From assembly GCA_002344355.1 (NCBI GenBank), contig DDTN01000045.1, forward strand, positions 31,530-95,529: DNA of 64,000 nt. Direction: 5' to 3'. Of this stretch, positions 1 to 7,487 are shown in pieces. Both the position numbers and the translations under genes were made by a program. Every line of letters begins with the position of its first letter. The stretch's first letter is position 1. Source of the stretch: Proteobacteria bacterium UBA2363 (GTDB lineage: Bacteria > Pseudomonadota > Gammaproteobacteria > Xanthomonadales > UBA2363). Below the pieces are notes generated by a model. It worked only from the letters and a program-made list of their open reading frames with translations, made no database searches and was not told the origin of the DNA.

Positions 1-378
1 GATCGCCTCGGCCAGCCCGAAACTGGCGCGGCTGCTGCCTGACAGTTCCGGGTGGTAGGTGACCCCGACGCCACTGTTGACCTGGCCGGCCAGGCGGGCC
101 GGCCCGGCGCCCAGGCCGGTGAGCCAGAGCACGCGACCGTCGACCTCGACATAGGCCGCCAGCTGCGCGGCGTCGACGCCCATCGCGGTGACCTCGGCGG
201 CCAGGAAGGCGGCGGGGCCAGGGACGCGCGCGATCGTCCAGGTGCCGGGCCCGGCGCCGACGTGCAGCGCCTGGTGGCGGGCGACCTTGCCGACCTGGGC
301 CGGCGCGGTGCCGGGGAAGCCCAGGAGCGTCAACACGGTCAGCAGGGTGAGGCAGGCGGCAAGGCGGGTGCGCGACAC
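1..378 (-). CDS. Secreted hypothetical protein (C-terminus cut by window edge)
   Basis: Not in the ORF track because it runs off the edge. A reverse-strand GTG at 378-376 opens VSRTRLAACLTLLTVLTLLGFPGTAPAQ..., which looks like a signal peptide with an AxA cleavage site. The frame stays open to position 1 and codons are GC3-rich. Confidence 0.4.
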   Translation of the reverse strand, partial: MSRTRLAACLTLLTVLTLLGFPGTAPAQVGKVARHQALHVGAGPGTWTIARVPGPAAFLAAEVTAMGVDAAQLAAYVEVDGRVLWLTGLGAGPARLAGQVNSGVGVTYHPELSGSSRASFGLAEAI

Positions 379-515
379 GGGGCGTCTCCATTCAGGCAGG
401 TACCCCGGAAACATCGCGTAGGCGCGAAAGCGAACATCCGGCCGGCGGCGACCCCGTCCGGGCCCTCCCGGCCGCCCCGGGGCGGCCGGGCGCACCTGCT
501 GCGGGTGCTGCGCCC

Positions 516-2246
516 TCAACCGGCCATGGCGCGCGCGTGCTTGCGCTGCAGCAGGGCGCGCAGGGCCTGCTTGCCGGCCTCGTCGAGCTCGCCCTCGGCC
601 AGCTGCGCCTGCAAGCCCGCCAGCTGCTGCTCGTCGGCCCGGGCGCTGAGCCGGTCGATGGCGCCGGTGAGGTCGCTGCGCCAGCTTTCGAGATCGCCCG
701 GCAGGTCGAGCATCGCCAGCTGCGCCAGCGCCTCGCGCCCCGGGTGGTCGTGGAAATGCTCCAGCACGCTGGCGGTATGGGCATCCGGCACGGCCCGGCA
801 CAGGTCGAGCAGTTCGATGAGCAGGGCGATCCCCGGCAGGTCCAGCGCCGCGAACGGCCAGGGCGGCTCGACCGCGCGCGCCAGCGCCGGCTGCTGGAGC
901 AGCAAGGCGATGGCGTGCCGGACCAGGCTGCGCCGCGGCGCCGGCAGACGCCGCCGCGCCGGCGCCGGCGCCGCCGCCGGCGCCGGGGCGCGCAGGCTGC
1001 CGGTGCGGTCCTTCAGCTCGGCCAGCATCAGGTCGCGGAACACGCCATCGGGCAGCTGCGCGAGCAGGGGCCGGGCCCGCTCGGCCAGCCGGGACTTGCC
1101 GTCCAGGCTGGCCAGGTTGAGGTCCCGGGACAGTTCCTGGAAGAAGAACTCCGACAGCGGCACCGCCGAGGCCAGCCGCGCCTCCAGGCCGGCGCTGCCC
1201 TCGCTGCGCACCAGCGAGTCCGGATCCTCGCCCTCGGGCAGGAACGCGAAGCCGGCCTGGCGGCCATCGGTCAGACGGGGCAGCGCCGACTCCAGCGCCC
1301 GCCACGCCGCCTGCCGGCCGGCGCGGTCGCCGTCGAAGCAGAAGCACACCTCCGGCGCGTTGCGGAACAGCAGCTCGGCATGCTCGCGGGTGGTCGCCGT
1401 GCCCAGGGTCGCGACCGCCTGGCTGAGGCCGTGCTGGTGCAGGGCGATCACGTCCATGTAGCCCTCGACGACCACCAGCCGCCCCAGCCGCGATCCCGCC
1501 TGGCGCGCCTGCCACAGGCCGAACAGTTCGCGGCCCTTGTGGAACAGGGGCGTCTCCGGCGAGTTCATGTACTTGGGGCCGTCGCCGGCCTCCAGCACGC
1601 GGCCGCCGAACGCGATCGGCCGGCCGCGACGGTCGAGGATCGGGAACATCACGCGGTCGCGGAAGCGGTCGTAGCTGCCGTTGCGGCCGCCCTCGATGAG
1701 CAGGCCCTGGCGCAGCAGTTCCGCCTGGCGATCGGGGGTCGCGCCGAGCGCCTTGCGCAGGCCGTCCCAGTCGGCCGGTGCGTAGCCCAGGCGGAAGCGC
1801 TGGCGCAGCTCGTCGCTGACGCCGCGACGCTCGAAGTAGGCACACGCTCCCGGGTTGCCCGCCAGCGCCGCCTCGAACCAGGCGGTCGCCGCCTCGAGCA
1901 GGGCATAGGCCTGGCCGCCCTCGTCCCGGCGGGGCGCGCTGCCGCCCTCGTAGGGGACGGCGAGGCCGACCCGGCGGGCCAGCTCCTCGACCGCGTCGAC
2001 GAACTCCAGGCGGTCGTACTCCATCAGGAAGCGGATCGCGCTGCCATGCGCGCCGCAGCCGAAGCAGTGGTAGAACTGCTTGGCCGGGCTGACCGTGAAG
2101 CTGGGCGAGCGCTCGTCGTGGAACGGACAGCGCGCCTGCCAGTCGCGCCCGGCCTTGCGCAGCGGCACGCGCTGCTCGATCACCTCGACGATGTCGACGC
2201 GGGCGAGCAGGTCGTCGATGAACTGGGAGGGGATGCGGCCGGCCAT
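516..2246 (-). CDS. dnaG: DNA primase
   Basis: Zinc-ribbon motif CPFHDERSPSFTVSPAKQFYHCFGCGAHG, followed by TOPRIM-type and C-terminal helicase-binding regions. Start placed at MAGRIPSQFIDD (cat at 2244-2246). The track ORF extends to 2282. Confidence 0.95.
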   Translation of the reverse strand: MAGRIPSQFIDDLLARVDIVEVIEQRVPLRKAGRDWQARCPFHDERSPSFTVSPAKQFYHCFGCGAHGSAIRFLMEYDRLEFVDAVEELARRVGLAVPYEGGSAPRRDEGGQAYALLEAATAWFEAALAGNPGACAYFERRGVSDELRQRFRLGYAPADWDGLRKALGATPDRQAELLRQGLLIEGGRNGSYDRFRDRVMFPILDRRGRPIAFGGRVLEAGDGPKYMNSPETPLFHKGRELFGLWQARQAGSRLGRLVVVEGYMDVIALHQHGLSQAVATLGTATTREHAELLFRNAPEVCFCFDGDRAGRQAAWRALESALPRLTDGRQAGFAFLPEGEDPDSLVRSEGSAGLEARLASAVPLSEFFFQELSRDLNLASLDGKSRLAERARPLLAQLPDGVFRDLMLAELKDRTGSLRAPAPAAAPAPARRRLPAPRRSLVRHAIALLLQQPALARAVEPPWPFAALDLPGIALLIELLDLCRAVPDAHTASVLEHFHDHPGREALAQLAMLDLPGDLESWRSDLTGAIDRLSARADEQQLAGLQAQLAEGELDEAGKQALRALLQRKHARAMAG

Positions 2247-2410
2247 GGCCCGGGGATTGTCCCACGCCCGGCCGGCAGCCACCGGCGGCGTCCGGCGTCG
2301 CTGTCACGGAATCTGGACACCGCGTCGACGCCCGCCGTGCCAGGGTCGGGCTTCCGCACCCTGGCGCCGTCGCCCGCCCGGCGGCCGGCGTCGCTGCCTG
2401 GAGTCCGCCG

Positions 2411-4090
2411 ATGTCCCGCCTGCCGATCCGCCCCGTCCCCCTCGCCGGCCTGCTCGCGCTGGCCACCGGGTCCGCCCTGGCCGCCGACATCCGCGTCCCG
2501 GCCGACGCCCCGTCGATCCAGGCGGCGATCGACCAGGCGCAGGCCGGCGACCGCGTCCTGGTCGACCCCGGCACCTGGTCCGGCCCGGTCGACTTCCTGG
2601 GCAAGGACATCGTCGTCGAGGCGGTCGCCGGGCCCGATGCCACCGTGATCGACGGCGGCGGTTCGACCGGCTTCGTGGTCCGCTTCGCCAGCGGCGAGAG
2701 CCGGGCCGCGACCCTGCGCGGCTTCACCGTGACCGGCGGATTCGGCCAGGGCGGCTCGAACGGCGCGGGGCCCGGCGGCGGCATCCGCATCGAAGGCGCG
2801 GCGCCGACCCTCGAGGGCAACGTCCTCGCCGGCAACGCCGGCGTGCTGGGCGGCGGCCTGAGCGTGGTCGATGGCGCGCCGCGCCTGGTCGACAACCGCT
2901 TCGTGGGCAACCAGGCGCTGCAGGGCGGCGGCCTGTACGTCCAGGGCGGCGCACTGGAGGCGGTCGGCAACCGCTTCGAGGACAACGCCGCGGTCCAGTT
3001 CGGTGGCGGCGCCGCCGTGGTCTGGGGCGCGGCGGTGGCGCTGGCGGACTCGCAGTTCGTCGGCAACACCGCCAGCAGCTTCGGCGGTGGCCTGTACGCG
3101 GGTCACGCCAGCCTGGACCTGTCCGGCAACGACTTCATCGGCAATGGCCGGGTCGAGCCCGGCGACTGGCCGGGCAGCTGGGTGGTGCTCACCGGCGGCG
3201 GTGGCGGCATCTACAGCACCGGCAGCAGCGGCCGCATCGACCGCAGCCGCCTGCTCGACAACGTCGCGGCCTTCGGCAGCGCCCTGTACGTCGCCGGCGC
3301 CGGCGACCTCGAGGTCGTCAACAGTCTGTTCGCGGGCAATGCCGCCGCCTGCGACTGCGCCACCGGCGTGGTCTACGCCAACAGCGCCAGCCCGCGGCTG
3401 GTCAACGCCACCCTGGCCGGCAACGGCGGCTTCGTCGGCGTGTTCACCACCTTCAACGCGTTTCCGGTGATCGCCAACAGCATCCTGGCCGGCCAGGTCT
3501 CGCCGACCGCCGGCAACGGCCAGGCGCAGCTGTCCTGGTCGCTGTACCAGGGCACGCCGTTCGCTGCCGTGCTCGGGCCGGGCAACCGTGAGGGCGAGCC
3601 ATTGCTCGATCCCGCGGCCGACTGGGCACCGCGGCCCGGGTCGCCGGCGATCGACGCCGGCGACAACACCGCGGTGCCCCCGGACGTGATCGCCGACCTC
3701 GCCGGCAACCCCCGCTTCCGGGACGATCCCGACACCCCCGACACCGGCAACGGCGCGGCGCCGGTGGTCGACCTGGGCGCCTTCGAGTTCGCCCCGGACA
3801 CGCTGCTGGTCACGGTCACGGCGACGCCGGGCGACCGCAAGGGCGGCTGGAACCTGCACATCGAGCTGGGCCGGTCGGCGCATCTCCAGGTCGACCTGCT
3901 GGATGCCAAGGGCAATGTGCTGCGCCGCCTCGCCGACGCCCCCCACGGGCCCGGCGTGCAGGTCGTGCACTGGGACGGCACCGGCCCCCGCGGCTCGCCG
4001 CTGCCGGCGGGAGACTACCTGGTCGAGGTCCGGGCCGGTGCCGAGTACCGGCACCTGGCGATGGCGGTCGGCGCGCCGATGCGGCGCTGA
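2411..4090 (+). CDS. Secreted right-handed parallel beta-helix protein (choice-of-anchor-Q-like) with C-terminal FlgD-Ig-like domain
   Basis: Signal peptide MSRLPIRPVPLAGLLALATGSALA. Repeated G-rich beta-helix rungs (GNxxxxGGGL). Motif IDAGDN...DLAGNPR...DLGAFEF. C-terminal GDYLVEVRAG sandwich-like tail. GGAG lies 8 nt upstream of the ATG. Confidence 0.8.
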   Translation: MSRLPIRPVPLAGLLALATGSALAADIRVPADAPSIQAAIDQAQAGDRVLVDPGTWSGPVDFLGKDIVVEAVAGPDATVIDGGGSTGFVVRFASGESRAATLRGFTVTGGFGQGGSNGAGPGGGIRIEGAAPTLEGNVLAGNAGVLGGGLSVVDGAPRLVDNRFVGNQALQGGGLYVQGGALEAVGNRFEDNAAVQFGGGAAVVWGAAVALADSQFVGNTASSFGGGLYAGHASLDLSGNDFIGNGRVEPGDWPGSWVVLTGGGGGIYSTGSSGRIDRSRLLDNVAAFGSALYVAGAGDLEVVNSLFAGNAAACDCATGVVYANSASPRLVNATLAGNGGFVGVFTTFNAFPVIANSILAGQVSPTAGNGQAQLSWSLYQGTPFAAVLGPGNREGEPLLDPAADWAPRPGSPAIDAGDNTAVPPDVIADLAGNPRFRDDPDTPDTGNGAAPVVDLGAFEFAPDTLLVTVTATPGDRKGGWNLHIELGRSAHLQVDLLDAKGNVLRRLADAPHGPGVQVVHWDGTGPRGSPLPAGDYLVEVRAGAEYRHLAMAVGAPMRR

Positions 4091-4098
4091 TCCGCGAC

Positions 4099-4125
4099 GG
4101 CAGGCGGCGGTCACCGCCGTCTGCC
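4099..4125. terminator. Hairpin between convergent genes (possible bidirectional terminator)
   Basis: ggcaggcggcgg-tca-ccgccgtctgcc forms a 12-bp stem with one mismatch. It lies between the stop at 4090 (+) and the stop at 4131 (-). There is no U-tract. Confidence 0.35.
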
Positions 4126-4130
4126 ACCGG

Positions 4131-4565
4131 TCACCGGAACAGCGCGGTGTAGCGCCGCTGCATCTCCTCCGGCGTCACCTCCTCGATGCTGTGGCCGACC
4201 AGCCAGCGGTGCCCGAAGGGATCGACCACCGCGCCACCGCGCTCGCCGTAGAAGGCGTCGGCGACCTCGCGTTCCAGGGTCGCCCCGGCCGCGAGCGCCC
4301 GGGCCACCACCGCGTCGGCGTCGTCGACGTGCAGGTGCAGGGTGACCCCGGCCCGCCCGGCGACCGCAGGCGGTTCGAGATCGAACTCCGGGAAGGGGTC
4401 GCACAGCATCAGGACCTGGCCACCGATCTCCACCTCGGCATGGCCGATCCGACCGGACGGCTCCACCAGGCGGAACTTCTCGCGGGCGCCGAAGGCCTGG
4501 GCGTAGAACGCGATGGCCCGGGCGGTGTCGGCCACGCACAGGTAGGCGTACAGTTCGATCGGCAT
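4131..4565 (-). CDS. VOC/glyoxalase-family protein (PhnB-like)
   Basis: 144 aa starting MPIELYAYLCVADTARAIAFY, with FGHRWLVGH near the C-terminus, typical of the VOC fold. Start is cat at 4563-4565. The track ORF is a spurious upstream extension. Confidence 0.85.
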   Translation of the reverse strand: MPIELYAYLCVADTARAIAFYAQAFGAREKFRLVEPSGRIGHAEVEIGGQVLMLCDPFPEFDLEPPAVAGRAGVTLHLHVDDADAVVARALAAGATLEREVADAFYGERGGAVVDPFGHRWLVGHSIEEVTPEEMQRRYTALFR

Positions 4566-4659
4566 CGCGGCGGGGACTCCAGGGCAGGGGCCGTCAGTGT
4601 CCCGCGCCGGCCGCCGCCTGTCTTGAACGAAGTTGACCGTGGCCCTGCCGGGCACCGGG

Positions 4660-5487
4660 TCAGTCCAGCGGCAGATGCCTGGGCCAGCGGCCCTGCAGGC
4701 GCCGGAACGTGCCCGGGGTGACGCCGGCGAGACGCCTGAACCGCCGGTTGAAGTGCGCCTGGTCGGCATGTCCGCTGGCCAACGCGACCGCGCCGAGCGG
4801 CAGGTCAGGGTTGCCGTGCAGGCAGGCCAGGCTGGCGTCGAACCGTTGCAGGTCGCGCCATTGCCGCGCCGGGCAGCCGAGCGCCGCCTGCACCCGCGCC
4901 AGCCAGGCCCGGTGGCTGAGTCCGCAGCCGGCGCTGGCGGCAAGCGTCGCCGTGCCGTCGCGAAGGGCCGCCACCGCCTGCTGCGCGGCCTGCGCACGGC
5001 GCAGGTGCGCCCGCTGCCGGGACAGGCAGTCCAGCAGCAGGTCCTCGGCGTCGTCCAGTCGCTGGCGATCCGCAGGCCTGCGGCGCAGGCGCAGCAGGGT
5101 CCGGCGCACCCCGGCAGGCAGCAGCGCGGCCAGGTCGGCCAGGCCAGCCGCCAGGCGGTCGGCCGGCACGCCGAACAGGGCGAGGCTCGCCCCGGGCCGA
5201 AGCTCCAGGCCCAGGCTGACCCCGGCATCGGCCGGCGAGCGCAACAGCGGGCCGTGCCGCAGGCCGCTCCACTGCAGCCTCGGCAGCAGGACGCCGCGGC
5301 GGTCCTGGAGGTCGAGGTAGCGCCGCATCGGCGCACCGTGCAGGCGGAACACGATGCGCTGCCCGGGCGCGGGCAGGCTCAGCTCGCGCCGGTGCCCGGC
5401 GGCCGGTCCGGCCTCATGCAGCCACAGGCCGGCGAGCCAGGGCGCCAGTTGCCCGTGCCGGGGCGGGCGCGAGAAATGCACGGTCAC
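4660..5487 (-). CDS. AraC-family transcriptional regulator
   Basis: C-terminal dual HTH (LASGHADQAHFNRRFRRLAGVTPGTFRR). GTG start at 5487. Same strand as the VOC gene downstream. Confidence 0.85.
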   Translation of the reverse strand: MTVHFSRPPRHGQLAPWLAGLWLHEAGPAAGHRRELSLPAPGQRIVFRLHGAPMRRYLDLQDRRGVLLPRLQWSGLRHGPLLRSPADAGVSLGLELRPGASLALFGVPADRLAAGLADLAALLPAGVRRTLLRLRRRPADRQRLDDAEDLLLDCLSRQRAHLRRAQAAQQAVAALRDGTATLAASAGCGLSHRAWLARVQAALGCPARQWRDLQRFDASLACLHGNPDLPLGAVALASGHADQAHFNRRFRRLAGVTPGTFRRLQGRWPRHLPLD

Positions 5488-5628
5488 GGACGGCCCCCGG
5501 CACCGATGCCGGCGACCCGGCCCGGGCGGGGGACGGCGCGCGCCTGGCCTGGACGCTGGCGCACGCCGGGCCCGGACGCGGGCGGCGGCGATCCGCGCCC
5601 GCGCGCGCCGGCGGGATGACCGGCGACC

Positions 5629-7377
5629 TCAGCCACCGGTCTGCAGCCGCCACAACTGGGCATAGACGCCGTCGCGTGCCAGCAGGGCGTCGTGGTCGCC
5701 GGACTCGACGATGCCGCCGTCGGCCAGCACGTGGATGGTGTCGGCATGGCGCACGGTCGACAGGCGGTGCGCGACCACCAGGACCGTGCGCCCGCCCGCC
5801 GCGCGCGCCAGCGAGCGGGCGATCGCCGCCTCGGTTTCGTTGTCCACCGCCGAAGTCGCCTCGTCGAGCAGCAGGATCGCCGGGTCGTGGTAGAGCGCGC
5901 GCGCCAGGGCGATGCGCTGGCGCTGGCCGCCGGACAGGTTCAGGCCGCGCTCGCCGACGGCGCTGTCGTAGCCGTCCGGCAGGGCCGCGATGAAGGCGTG
6001 GGCCTCGGCCGCGCGCGCCGCCCGCTCGATCCGGTCCCGGTCCGGGCGGGCATCGCCATAGCCGATGTTGGCGGCCAGCGTGCCGTCGGTGAGGAAGGGC
6101 TCCTGCGCGACGTAGCCGATCGCCCGGCGCAGCGCCTGCCGGGGCAGGTCGGCGATGTCGATGCCGTCGAGGAGGATGCGTCCGGCGTCCGGCTCGATGA
6201 AGCGCAGCAGCAGCTTGAGCAGGGTGCTCTTGCCGCCGCCGGTGGCCCCGACCAGGCCGACCGTATGGCCGGCCGGCACCACGAGGTCGACGCCGTGCAG
6301 CACCGCGCGGTCGCCGTAGCCGAAGCGCACCCTCTGGAAGCGCAGCTCGCCGCGCGGCGGCTGCGGCAGCGCCGCGTCGCCGCGGTCGGCGGCGACCGGC
6401 AGCGCCAGCAGGTCCTCGACGCGCTGCACCGAGGTCATCGCCCGCTGGTAGAGATCGGTCATCTCGGCCAGCCGGGTCAGCGGCCAGAGCAGGCGCTGGG
6501 TCAGGTAGACCAGGGCCGAGTAGCTGCCGACCCCCAGTTCGCCGCGCAGGGTGAGCAGGCCGCCATAGAGCAGGGTGGCGACGAAGCCGGCCAGGATCGC
6601 CATCCGGATCACCGGCGTGATTGCCGCCGCCAGCGCGATCGCCTCGGCGTTGCGCTGCCGGTAGCCGGCGCTGACGCGCTCCAGTTCCGCCAGCTCGAGG
6701 TCCTGGGCGTTGTAGGCCTGGATCGTCGCCATCCCCGGCAGGTTGTTGGCGAGCCGGTGCGAGACGTCGGCGGCCGCCGCGCGGGCCGCGGCATAGCGCG
6801 GCGCCAGCCGGCGCATGAACCAGAAGGCGCCGAACACGATCGCCGGCACCGGCAGCATCGCCAGCACCGCGACGCCGGGCGTCAGCACCACGAACACGGC
6901 GCCGACCAGCAGGGAGGAACAGGCCACCTGCAGCAGGTCGTGGGCGCCGGTGTTGAGGAAGCGTTCGATCTGGTTGACGTCCTCGTTGAGCACCGCCATC
7001 AGCCGGCCGCTGCGCTGCTGTTCGATGCGGCCCGGGTCCAGGCGCTGCAGGTGGCCGTAGCCCTCGATCCGCAGTCGGTGCTGCAGGTGCTGCGCGAGGT
7101 TGCGCCACCTGACGGCGGCCAGGTACTCGGTCACCGACTCCAGCACCCAGACCACGATGGTCAGCGCGGTCAGCGCCAGCAGCTGGTGCACCGGGTCGGG
7201 CAGGCCGAGGCGGGCGAGGAAGGAGTCGTGGCGGTTGACCACCACGTCGACGGCGACGCCGATCAGGATCTCGGGCAGGACGTCGAACACCTTGTTGAGG
7301 ATCGACCAGGCGGTCGCCAGGCGGACGTCGCCGCGGCGGTCGGCGGCGTGGCCGAGCAGGCGCTTGAGCGGGTGCAT
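5629..7377 (-). CDS. ABC exporter, fused permease/ATPase (MsbA/multidrug type)
   Basis: N-terminal region with six predicted TM helices. Walker A GATGGGKST, signature LSGGQRQRIALARAL, Walker B ILLLDEATSAVD. Start at MHPLKRLL (cat at 7375-7377). Confidence 0.9.
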   Translation of the reverse strand: MHPLKRLLGHAADRRGDVRLATAWSILNKVFDVLPEILIGVAVDVVVNRHDSFLARLGLPDPVHQLLALTALTIVVWVLESVTEYLAAVRWRNLAQHLQHRLRIEGYGHLQRLDPGRIEQQRSGRLMAVLNEDVNQIERFLNTGAHDLLQVACSSLLVGAVFVVLTPGVAVLAMLPVPAIVFGAFWFMRRLAPRYAAARAAAADVSHRLANNLPGMATIQAYNAQDLELAELERVSAGYRQRNAEAIALAAAITPVIRMAILAGFVATLLYGGLLTLRGELGVGSYSALVYLTQRLLWPLTRLAEMTDLYQRAMTSVQRVEDLLALPVAADRGDAALPQPPRGELRFQRVRFGYGDRAVLHGVDLVVPAGHTVGLVGATGGGKSTLLKLLLRFIEPDAGRILLDGIDIADLPRQALRRAIGYVAQEPFLTDGTLAANIGYGDARPDRDRIERAARAAEAHAFIAALPDGYDSAVGERGLNLSGGQRQRIALARALYHDPAILLLDEATSAVDNETEAAIARSLARAAGGRTVLVVAHRLSTVRHADTIHVLADGGIVESGDHDALLARDGVYAQLWRLQTGG

Positions 7378-7408
7378 GGAAGGTGGCGGCCGGGACCGGT
7401 GCGGGCCG

Positions 7409-7462
7409 CCAGCATAGAGGCGGCCGGGGCCGCGCCGGCGCCCCGGCGGCCGGCTATGCTGG
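7409..7462. promoter_or_regulatory. Mirror-image divergent promoter candidates
   Basis: 9-bp inverted repeat ccagcatag (7409-7417) / ctatgctgg (7454-7462). Each arm presents TATGCT as a -10-like hexamer, 7416-7411 on the - strand and 7455-7460 on the + strand. These lie about 30-35 nt upstream of the divergent starts at 7377 and 7488. Confidence 0.3.
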
Positions 7463-7487
7463 CGCGGTCGATTCCCGGGAGGAAGCC

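Noticed and set aside
2247-2282. N-terminal extensions of track ORFs (dnaG here; also hslV, dapF, pilU-like, ABC exporter, hydrolase, argS, etfB and others)
   Set aside because: The extensions are Arg/Pro-rich and lack homology-like sequence. Internal starts give N-termini typical for the families and often have an SD or a 4-nt overlap with the upstream stop. The exact starts remain predictions.
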